DNA from: Holophagaceae bacterium
GTDB taxonomy: Bacteria; Acidobacteriota; Holophagae; Holophagales; Holophagaceae
Direction of reading: 5' to 3'
Assembly (NCBI GenBank): GCA_017859995.1
Contig: JAFJUR010000003.1
Span: forward strand, 6,015-70,014
DNA: 64,000 nucleotides
Shown here: positions 9,347 to 17,285 of the stretch, piece by piece
How positions within the stretch are numbered: position 1 is the stretch's first letter
How the letters are laid out: each line of letters opens with the position of its first letter
The notes under the pieces: generated by a model
Databases searched by the model: none
Seen by the model: the letters and a program-made list of their open reading frames with translations, nothing else
What the model was told of the DNA's origin: nothing
Program-made: the position numbers and the translations under genes

Positions 9347-10587
9347 GCCACGCTGTGCGCGGCCGCGAGGTAGGCCTGCATGACGCGGGTGGGATCCTCC
9401 ATGAGCCGCTGCTTCCAGACACCCAGCCGAACCCGGCCCTCGATGAGGCCCCGGAAGGCCCCCACGTGATCGGCGAAGCCCACGCAGTTCGCGCCGATCA
9501 GACGATCCCCGTCGAACTGCAGGTTCACGTAGCGGTAGCGGGCCTCGTCGAGGACCTCCGCCGAGTCGCCGCCCGGCGTCCCCTGCCACGTCCCGAAGGA
9601 GGAGGACACGAGGCCCAGGGTGGTGAGCACGTTGAACACGAAGCTGCCCTTGAAGTGGACGGGCCGGCCCGCCATGTTCAGCGCGGCGATGCGGCCCTGT
9701 TCCACGGCGTTGGGCTGGATGGCGTTGAGCTGGCGCTTCCCGGTGAGGCAGTCCACGGATTCCGCCACATCCCCGGCCGCGTAGACGCCCGGCGCGCTGC
9801 TCTGCAGGCTGGGGTCCACCAGGATGCCCTGGCCGACGGCGATGCCGCTGCCCTGGAGGAAGTCCAGGTTCGGATCCACTCCCACCACGCTGAGGTAGAG
9901 ATCCGCGGGGAGGCTGGCTCCGTCGGCCAGCACCACCTGCAGCGCCCCGCCCTCCGAGCGCAATTCCTTCGGCTGGGTATGGGTGAGGATCTTCACCCCC
10001 TTGGCCTCGCACCAGCGCCGGATCAGGCCGCTGGCCGTGGGGTTCATCATGCGGCGCACCATGTAGCCGCTGCGCACGAGGATGGTGAGGTCCACCCCGC
10101 GGGAAAGCAGGCCCTCCATGATGATGCAGCCCACGAAGCCGGCGCCCATCTGGACGATGCGGGTGCCGGGCCGGGCCTTGGCGAGGAGGGCCCGGGCGTC
10201 GGCGAGGGTCCAGCAGCTGTGGACGCCGGGCAGGTCCATGCCGGGGATGGTCTCGTGGCTGGGCCGGGAGCCCGTGGCGATGAGCAGCCGGTCGTAGTAC
10301 AGATCCCCCCCAGCGACCAGGGCCACCCGCCGGGCCGCCGTGTCCACGGCCCGGGCCCGGGCGCGGACCAGCCCGATCCGCAGGCGCCGGTAGTGGTCTT
10401 CATCCTTGCGGAGGTGGGTTCCCGCCTCGCCGATCTCCCCCTTCAGCAGGTAGGGGATCGCCATGCGGGAGTAGGGCGGCTCGGCCTCGCCGCAGACCAG
10501 GGTGATGTCCGCGGCGGGGTCCGCCTTGCGCAGGGTCGCCGCCGCGACCACCCCGGCGGGCCCGCTTCCGATGATCACGTGTCGCAT
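9343..10587 (-). CDS. FAD/NAD-dependent oxidoreductase subunit (AorC-like)
   Basis: GSGPAG, LLIATGS, GAGFVG, VYAAGD, AVEQG. Confidence 0.88.
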   Translation of the reverse strand: MRHVIIGSGPAGVVAAATLRKADPAADITLVCGEAEPPYSRMAIPYLLKGEIGEAGTHLRKDEDHYRRLRIGLVRARARAVDTAARRVALVAGGDLYYDRLLIATGSRPSHETIPGMDLPGVHSCWTLADARALLAKARPGTRIVQMGAGFVGCIIMEGLLSRGVDLTILVRSGYMVRRMMNPTASGLIRRWCEAKGVKILTHTQPKELRSEGGALQVVLADGASLPADLYLSVVGVDPNLDFLQGSGIAVGQGILVDPSLQSSAPGVYAAGDVAESVDCLTGKRQLNAIQPNAVEQGRIAALNMAGRPVHFKGSFVFNVLTTLGLVSSSFGTWQGTPGGDSAEVLDEARYRYVNLQFDGDRLIGANCVGFADHVGAFRGLIEGRVRLGVWKQRLMEDPTRVMQAYLAAAHSVA

Positions 10588-10628
10588 GGGAGCCCCACGA
10601 ATATCCCGCAACTAGAGAGAAAAAGCTG

Positions 10629-10693
10629 ATTCACCACCAAGACACCAGGAAAAGCCGAATCCGTTTTCAGGTCTTGGTGTCTTGGTGGTGATC
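10629..10693. repeat. Intergenic hairpin of tandem CACCAAGA units (variant of the GxxExxY-associated repeat)
   Basis: TCACCACCAAGACACCAGGA ... TCTTGGTGTCTTGGTGGTGA between aorB and aorC. Confidence 0.8.
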
Positions 10694-10717
10694 CGTTTCT
10701 TCCTTTCAAGAGCCGCC

Positions 10718-12538
10718 TCACACACCCAGCCGGGCCTTCGTCTCGGGCGTAGGCACGCCCTGCGGTGTCCAACCGCGCACCTGGTAGTACTCGGGCAGCA
10801 TGAGGTCGAGCTTGGAGACGGCGCCCTTCTGGGGGCCGGTCTTCGCCGGTTCCTTCATCAGGCGCGGCGGCAGGTTGTCGTCCTTGCCCGTGAGGCCCGC
10901 CGCCAGGTTGAACTGGCGTTCCAGGTTCCAGATGCGCTCGCCCACCAGCAGCAGGCGTTCCTCGGACCAGTCGCCCTCGCAGGCGGCCTGGATCTGGGGC
11001 TGGATGTCGGAGAGGCCCCACGCGAAGGTGGTGAAGAGGCAGATGCCCGCGGAATCCACGACGGCCGTGAGGTCCTGGAAGGCCTTCAGCATGGCGGGTT
11101 TCCCTTCCGTGGCCTGGGGCTCCATCTTCACGGGGATGCCCAGCACCTCGGGCGAGACCATGTAGCCCCGCAGGTGGCAGGCGCCGCGGTTGCTGGTGGC
11201 GTAGGCGAGGCCCATGCCCTGCAGGCCGCGGCCGTCGTAGGCTGGGAACTCCTGGCCCTTGACGGTCATGGAGAGGTCCGGCCGGCCGTACTTGGCGCAG
11301 AGGCGTCTGGATCCCAGTCCGATCTCCTTGCCGAACCCCTCGCCCCGGGCGGTCAGTTCCGCCAGCTTCACCATGGCCTCGGTGGCGCCGAAGGGCAGCT
11401 CGAAGCCCACCTGCTCCTTGGTCAGGAGGCCCAGGTCGTACAGCTCCATGGCCGCGCCAACAGTGGCGCCGAAGGAGATGGGATCGAAGCCGTCCTCGTT
11501 GCACAGGAAGTTGGCGTAGGTGAGGGCCTCCAGGTCGGAGACGCCGTTGGCGGCGCCCAGGGCCCAGGCGGCCTCGTATTCGACCCCGCCGGAGGCCCCG
11601 TGGTACTGGGGCTTGTCCTTGACGCTGAAGTGGCCGGGGTCCATGCGGGAGATGCGGCCGCAGGCGATGGTGCACCCGAAGCAGGCCCCGTTGGTGACCA
11701 GGTTCGCCTTGCCGTCCGTGGGCCGCTTCTCGTGCATGGCCTCGCCGCCGATGGCCATGGCGCCCTCGAACTGCACGTCGCGGTGGTTGCGGGTGGGCAG
11801 CGCGCCCAGTTCGTTGATGACGTTCATGAGGACCTGGGTGCCGTAAGTGGGCAGGCCCTGGCCCGTCACGCCGTGGGCGGCCAGCACCTGCTTGCCGGCC
11901 TCGGAGGCCTTGAAGAAGGCCTCCGGATCAGCCAGGTGGTAGGCATCCGTCCGGGTCCCGCGCACCGCGACAGCCTTCAGGTTCTTCGATCCCATCACCG
12001 CCCCGACGCCGGAGCGCCCGGCGGCCCGGTGCAGGTCGTTGACGATGGCGGCGTAGAGCACGCCCTGCTCGCCGGCCCGGCCGATGGCCGCCACCCGCAG
12101 CTGCGGGTCCTGGTGGTGCTTCTGGAGGGCGGCCTCGGTCTCCCAGACCAGCTCGGCCTGGTCATCGATGATGAGGAGGTAGACGGGCTTCGGCGAGGCT
12201 CCTTCAAAAATCACCATGTCCCAGCCCGCGAACTTCAGCTCGGCGCCGAAGTAGCCGCCGGAATTGGAGCAGGCGATGGCGCCCGTGAGCGGCCCCTTGG
12301 TGATCACCGAATAGCGGCCGCCGGTGGCGGCCATGGTGCCGGTGAGGGGACCCGTCACGAAGATGAGCTTGTTCTTGGGAGAAAGCGGATCCACCTGCGG
12401 ATCCACCTCCGATACGAAGTACTTGGTGGCCAGGCCCCGCTGTCCCAGGTAGTCCTGGGCCCAGGCCATGTTCAAGGGCTCGGTGGTGCAGGTGCCGGCC
12501 TCGAGGTTCACGCGGAGAACGTTCTTGGTCCATGCCAT
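10718..12538 (-). CDS. aor: Tungsten-dependent aldehyde oxidoreductase catalytic subunit (AorB-like)
   Basis: SNSGG, AAGRSGVGAVMGSKNLKA, CFGCTIAC, EYE, VKGQE, RGACH, GICLF. Appears to lack about 10 residues near 12148. Confidence 0.93.
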   Translation of the reverse strand: MAWTKNVLRVNLEAGTCTTEPLNMAWAQDYLGQRGLATKYFVSEVDPQVDPLSPKNKLIFVTGPLTGTMAATGGRYSVITKGPLTGAIACSNSGGYFGAELKFAGWDMVIFEGASPKPVYLLIIDDQAELVWETEAALQKHHQDPQLRVAAIGRAGEQGVLYAAIVNDLHRAAGRSGVGAVMGSKNLKAVAVRGTRTDAYHLADPEAFFKASEAGKQVLAAHGVTGQGLPTYGTQVLMNVINELGALPTRNHRDVQFEGAMAIGGEAMHEKRPTDGKANLVTNGACFGCTIACGRISRMDPGHFSVKDKPQYHGASGGVEYEAAWALGAANGVSDLEALTYANFLCNEDGFDPISFGATVGAAMELYDLGLLTKEQVGFELPFGATEAMVKLAELTARGEGFGKEIGLGSRRLCAKYGRPDLSMTVKGQEFPAYDGRGLQGMGLAYATSNRGACHLRGYMVSPEVLGIPVKMEPQATEGKPAMLKAFQDLTAVVDSAGICLFTTFAWGLSDIQPQIQAACEGDWSEERLLLVGERIWNLERQFNLAAGLTGKDDNLPPRLMKEPAKTGPQKGAVSKLDLMLPEYYQVRGWTPQGVPTPETKARLGV

Positions 12539-12550
12539 GGCAGTCGCTCC

Positions 12551-13027
12551 TCACACCGTCGCCGGGTTGGTGTCGGTCTTGCCGGCCCATTGGCGCATCT
12601 TCCCCAGCCCAGTCCAGTCGGCGTCCACGTAGGTGATGGCGCCGGTGGGACAGGCCTTGGCGCAGGCAGGCTGACCGCCACAGAGGTCGCACTTCTGCAC
12701 CTTGCCGGTCTGGGCCACGTAGTTGATGGTGCCGAAGGGGCAGGCGATCGTGCAGACCTTGCAGCCCACGCAGGTGGGCTCCAGCACGATCTTCGCGCCG
12801 GTGACGGGGTCGAGGCGGATGGCGTCCACCGGGCAGGCCATCATGCACCAGGCCTCGTCGCACTGGGTGCAGGTGTAGGGCACGAAACGGCCCTCGTGGT
12901 GGAAGGTGAACACCTTGATGCGCGACTTGGCCACCGTGAAGCTCCGGTGGTTCTCCCAGGCGCAGGCCATCTCGCACTGGAGGCAGCCCGTGCACTTGTT
13001 GGGATCGAGGTGGAGGGATTTCTGCAT
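12551..13027 (-). CDS. 4Fe-4S dicluster electron-transfer subunit (AorA-like)
   Basis: Four Cys clusters: CTGCLQCEMAC, CTQC..WC..CP, CVGCKVC..CP, CDLC..C..CP; RBS GGAGG. Confidence 0.92.
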   Translation of the reverse strand: MQKSLHLDPNKCTGCLQCEMACAWENHRSFTVAKSRIKVFTFHHEGRFVPYTCTQCDEAWCMMACPVDAIRLDPVTGAKIVLEPTCVGCKVCTIACPFGTINYVAQTGKVQKCDLCGGQPACAKACPTGAITYVDADWTGLGKMRQWAGKTDTNPATV

Positions 13028-13126
13028 GGCGGAACCTCCTTCGGGTGGATCGATCGGGGATGGACGGCGATGATCATAAATCGGATAACGGCCCGCCGGC
13101 GCCCTTTTTGGAGATCCCTTAAATTG

Positions 13127-13162
13127 TTCTTAATATGATGTTTTACAATCAGTTATTAAGAA
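13127..13162. promoter_or_regulatory. AT-rich palindrome, candidate operator in the divergent aor/antiporter promoter region
   Basis: TTCTTAATA-TGATGTTTTACAATCAGT-TATTAAGAA; minus-strand TATGAT (-10-like) at 13073-13078. Confidence 0.5.
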
Positions 13163-13307
13163 ATCCGTGCAACAATAATCCAGAGACTCCATCTCACCTC
13201 TTCCGCCCTTCCAAGGCCGGAAAACCACCAGCCATCAGAGGCTCGTGCGATCTTGGAGGTGGTCCCACCGACCGCCCGCCGCCACCCCACCCGCGAGGTT
13301 CCGGCCC

Positions 13308-15074
13308 ATGACCGTCACTCCGACCCCGCCCTCCATCCTCGTGGACCTCGCCCTGGTCCTCGGCTTCGCGGCGCTCACCACCGTGGCCTGCCAGCGGCTG
13401 CGCCTGCCCGTGGTGGTGGGCTACCTGTTCGCGGGCCTCATCATCGGGCCCCACGTGCCGGTGCCCCTCGTGGCCGACCAGCACAACGTCCACACCCTGT
13501 CGGAGCTGGGCGTCATCCTGCTGATGTTCTCCATCGGCCTCGAGTTCAGCCTCAAGAAGCTCCTGCGCACGGGTCCCTCCGCGGCCCTGGTGGCCCTGGT
13601 GCAGGGCGGCTTCATGGCCTGGGCCGGCTACCTGGCGGGCCGCTTCCTCGGCTGGGGCGTCATCGAGAGCATCTTCGCCGGATCAGCCCTGGCCATCAGC
13701 TCCACCATGATCATCGCGCGGGTCTTCGAGGCGATAAGGGCCAAGGGCCCTCTGGCCGACCTGGTGCTGTCCACCCTCATTGTGCAAGACCTCCTGGCCA
13801 TCCTCATGCTCACGCTGCTCACGGCCGTGGGCACCGGCGCGGGCCTGAGCGTTCCCGGCATCCTCCTCACCACCCTCCGCCTCGCGGGTTTCCTGGTGGC
13901 GGTCCTCGCCCTGGGCCTGTGGCTCCTGCCTCGCTTCGTGCGCTGGGTGGCGGATTCCGGAAACGCCGAGACCCTGCTCGTCACCGTGGTGGGCCTCTGC
14001 TTCGCCCTCTCGCTGCTGGCGGCCAAGGCGGGCTACTCCGTGGCTCTGGGGGCCTTCCTCGCGGGCATGATCGTGGCCGAATCGGGCCGCGAGCGCCAGG
14101 TGGAGCACCTGGTCCATCCCGTGCGGGACATGTTCGTGGCCGTGTTCTTCGTGTCCATTGGCATGCAGATCGATCCCGCCCAGCTGCTGCCGAACTGGCG
14201 CGGCCTTCTGCTCTTCGGCGGTCTCGTCCTGGTGGGCAAGATCATCTCCGGCGCCGTGGGCGGCCTGCTGGGCGGCAACAGCCTGCGCAATTCCATCAAG
14301 GCCGGCGCGGGCCTGGCGCAGATCGGCGAGTTCAGTTTCATCATCGTGGCCCTGGGCCAGAGCCTCGGCGTGGTGGGCCCCGCCCTGTTCCCGGTGCTGG
14401 CCGCCACCTGCGCCTGGACCACCCTCTCCACGCCCCTGCTCATCCAGCATTCCGACGGCCTGGCGGACGGCATCGAGCGCTGGCTGCCGCCGCGCCTCCG
14501 GCACTTCCTCCTGCACCACCGCGCGGCCATGGGCCACCTGCGGAACGTCCCCTTCCGCAAGGCCTCCTGGAGCCACCTGCGCCGGCCCTTCGGCTATCTC
14601 CTCGCGGATAGCCTGATGGTGACTCTGGCCGGCGCGCTCGGCGCCTTCATCCACCGGGCCTCCACGCCGCTGCTCGAGGCCCGGGGCGTCTCGCACCAGG
14701 TGGCCGAGCTCCTCGTCTGGGTGCTGGTGATCGGCACGGGCCTCGGCTCCTTCATGGGGGTGTTGAGGCAGATCCGGAGCATCGCGCGGGCCATCGCGGA
14801 CCGGGCCATCCAGGTGGCCGGCCGCACCACCGAGGGGGTGGAGGACGCCATCCGGTTCATGGTGGAACTCGCCCTGGGCGCCATGGTGGCCCTGCCCATG
14901 GCCGCGGTCCTGCAGCCCCTCCTGCCCACGGGCCTGCTCCCGGCACTGGGGTTGGCCACGCTGCTCACAGCGGGCGTCCTGCTCTGGCGGCGCATGGGCG
15001 CCATCCAGCGGCGCTGGCTCGAGGAGGGCGGTGGCCCGGAGCGGCATTCAGGCGGCGACGATCCACCGCGCTAG
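13308..15074 (+). CDS. Cation:proton antiporter, CPA2 family
   Basis: GVILLMFSIGLE, AISSTMI, QDL, ALGAFLAG, VFFVSIG, QIGEFSF. Confidence 0.9.
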   Translation: MTVTPTPPSILVDLALVLGFAALTTVACQRLRLPVVVGYLFAGLIIGPHVPVPLVADQHNVHTLSELGVILLMFSIGLEFSLKKLLRTGPSAALVALVQGGFMAWAGYLAGRFLGWGVIESIFAGSALAISSTMIIARVFEAIRAKGPLADLVLSTLIVQDLLAILMLTLLTAVGTGAGLSVPGILLTTLRLAGFLVAVLALGLWLLPRFVRWVADSGNAETLLVTVVGLCFALSLLAAKAGYSVALGAFLAGMIVAESGRERQVEHLVHPVRDMFVAVFFVSIGMQIDPAQLLPNWRGLLLFGGLVLVGKIISGAVGGLLGGNSLRNSIKAGAGLAQIGEFSFIIVALGQSLGVVGPALFPVLAATCAWTTLSTPLLIQHSDGLADGIERWLPPRLRHFLLHHRAAMGHLRNVPFRKASWSHLRRPFGYLLADSLMVTLAGALGAFIHRASTPLLEARGVSHQVAELLVWVLVIGTGLGSFMGVLRQIRSIARAIADRAIQVAGRTTEGVEDAIRFMVELALGAMVALPMAAVLQPLLPTGLLPALGLATLLTAGVLLWRRMGAIQRRWLEEGGGPERHSGGDDPPR

Positions 15075-15125
15075 CCTTGCCGCCCGCGGGGTACGCGGGT
15101 GGAATGGAATCAGGAAGGAACCACC

Positions 15126-16016
15126 ATGAAAGCCATCTCGCTGCGCGTGGACGTGGACACCCTGGAAGGCTCGATCACGGGCATTCCCACCCTGCTCCGC
15201 CTGCTCGACAAGCACCGGATGCGGGCCAGTTTCTACTTCAGCTTCGGGCCGGACAACAGCGGGAAGGCCATCCGGCGCATCTTCCGGAAGGGCTTTCTCG
15301 CCAAGATGCGCCGCACCAATGCCACCAAGCTCTACGGCCTCAAGACCATGATGTACGGCGTGCTGCTGCCCGCCCCCATCATCTGGAAGCGGGCCGCGGC
15401 CGAGATGCGCGCCGCCAAAGAAGCCGGCCACGAGGTAGGCATCCACGCCTGGGACCATGTGCAGTACCACGACCTGCTGGACCGGAAATCCCGGCGCTGG
15501 CTGTCGGACTGGTACGCCCAGGCCCATGAGGCCTTCGGCACCGTCTTCGGCCAGAAGCCCCTCGGCGCCGTGAGCCCCGCCTGGCGCTGCAACGACACCA
15601 CGCTGGAGCTGCAGGACGCCTACGGCCTGGCTTATGCCGGCGACTGCCGCGGATTCGCGCCCTTCTACCCCATCGTGAAGGGACGCCGACTCAGCACCCT
15701 GCAGATCCCCACCACCCTGCCCACCCTCGACGAGCTGCTGGGCCTCGACGGCCGCACGCCGGACCAGGTGAACCGCGACGTGTGGGATCTGGTGCGCGAG
15801 GACGCCCTGAACGTCTACGCCCTGCACACCGAGGTGGAGGGCGGCGCCCTGTTCGAGACCTTCGACGCCTTCCTCGCCGGGCTCAACGACCGGGGCGTGC
15901 AGGCCCGCACCCACGCGGACTGGCTGCCGGAGCTGAAGGCGGCGAATCCGCCCGCCAAGGAGCTCACCCGCCGCGAGATCCCGGGCCGCGCGGGCTGGGT
16001 GAGCTGGGAAGGCTGA
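15126..16016 (+). CDS. Polysaccharide deacetylase / ArnD-like deformylase
   Basis: LRVDVDT, GPDNSG, HEVGIHAWDH, PAW, QIPTTLPTLDE, HTEVEG. Confidence 0.82.
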   Translation: MKAISLRVDVDTLEGSITGIPTLLRLLDKHRMRASFYFSFGPDNSGKAIRRIFRKGFLAKMRRTNATKLYGLKTMMYGVLLPAPIIWKRAAAEMRAAKEAGHEVGIHAWDHVQYHDLLDRKSRRWLSDWYAQAHEAFGTVFGQKPLGAVSPAWRCNDTTLELQDAYGLAYAGDCRGFAPFYPIVKGRRLSTLQIPTTLPTLDELLGLDGRTPDQVNRDVWDLVREDALNVYALHTEVEGGALFETFDAFLAGLNDRGVQARTHADWLPELKAANPPAKELTRREIPGRAGWVSWEG

Positions 16017-16084
16017 GGACAAGCCCTCGCAAGACGATGTCCCTTGCAGTAGGCTTCGGAGCGACTCCTTCCTCCGAGGCTGCC

Positions 16085-17098
16085 GTGCGACTCCCCCACC
16101 GTTTCTTCTTGTGCGCGCTTCTTCTGCTGCCCCTGGCGGCCCAGGAGGCCATCGGAGAGCCTCGCCTCAAGCGGGTGGAGGCCCAGGTGCAGGGTCTGCG
16201 CTGGGAGCTGGATGCCCTGCGGAAGGCCGCGGACGACCAGCTGTGGTTCCAGCGGCTCTCGGACGTGGCCGTGGTGGACAAGGTCACCTACACCGGCCCG
16301 CCGAATCCCAGAGGCGAAGAAACCTACGGCATCAAGAACGAGCGCCACCCCCTGAAGATCCAGCAGTACGTCTTCATCCCCCGCCAGGCCGCCTCCGGCA
16401 AGCGCCCGCTCATCGTGCTGCCCCACGGCGGCGTCCACGGCGACTTCGGCACCTACCATGTGCACATCATCCGGGAGATGATCCAGCGCGGCTACATCGT
16501 GATCGCGCCGGACTACCGGGGCTCCACGGGCTACGGCAAGGGGTTCTACGAGGCCATCGACTACGGCGGCCTGGAAGTGGACGACGTGGTGGCGGGCCGC
16601 GACTGGGCCGTGGAACACCTGCCGGTGGATCCGAAGCGCTGCGCCATCGTGGGCTGGAGCCACGGCGGCCTCATCGCCCTCATGGCGGTCTTCGACCACC
16701 CCGAGAAGTTCGCCGTGGCCTACGCCGGCGTGCCCGTTTCCGACCTCATCACCCGCCTGGGCTACATCGGGTCCTCCTATGTGGCCGAATTCTCCGCCCC
16801 GTACCACATTGGCAAGGAACCCAAGGACGCCGTGGAGGAATACCGCCGACGCAGCCCTGTGTGGAACGTCCAGAAGCTGCGCACCCCCCTGCTCATCCAC
16901 ACCACCACCAACGACCGCGACGTGAACGTCGTCGAGGTCGAGATGCTCATCAATGCCCTGAAAGCCGCCGGAAAAACCTTCGAGCACAAGATCTACAAAG
17001 ACGCCCCCGGCGGCCACAGCTTCAACCGCATCGACACCGCACTGGCGCACGAATCCCGCAACGAGATCTACCAGTTCCTGGAGAAGCACCTGAAGTAG
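16085..17098 (+). CDS. Secreted S9 prolyl oligopeptidase family hydrolase
   Basis: HGG, DYRGSTGYG, GWSHGG nucleophile, D..V, GHSF; signal peptide. Start uncertain (16037 or 16085). Confidence 0.85.
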   Translation: MRLPHRFFLCALLLLPLAAQEAIGEPRLKRVEAQVQGLRWELDALRKAADDQLWFQRLSDVAVVDKVTYTGPPNPRGEETYGIKNERHPLKIQQYVFIPRQAASGKRPLIVLPHGGVHGDFGTYHVHIIREMIQRGYIVIAPDYRGSTGYGKGFYEAIDYGGLEVDDVVAGRDWAVEHLPVDPKRCAIVGWSHGGLIALMAVFDHPEKFAVAYAGVPVSDLITRLGYIGSSYVAEFSAPYHIGKEPKDAVEEYRRRSPVWNVQKLRTPLLIHTTTNDRDVNVVEVEMLINALKAAGKTFEHKIYKDAPGGHSFNRIDTALAHESRNEIYQFLEKHLK

Positions 17099-17119
17099 CC
17101 CAGCCGATGGTGGTTGATC

Positions 17120-17283
17120 CAAGACAAGGCCCGGCTTCGCCGGGCCTTGTCGCGGGGCTCCGGGGGTGTTCGCGCAGCCAGGCGGAGCGTGGAACCCCCG
17201 GACAGTACAAGCAGAAGCCCGGCTCAGCCGGGCTTCTACGCGGGGGCTTGGGGGTGTGCGCGCAGCGCGGAACCCCCCAACAA
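17120..17283. repeat. Two tandem REP/BIME-like double-hairpin units between convergent genes
   Basis: Stems GACAAGGCCCGGC/GCCGGGCCTTGTC and AGAAGCCCGGC/GCCGGGCTTCT, each followed by a GGGGG...GGAACCCCC stem. Confidence 0.75.
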
Positions 17284-17285
17284 CA

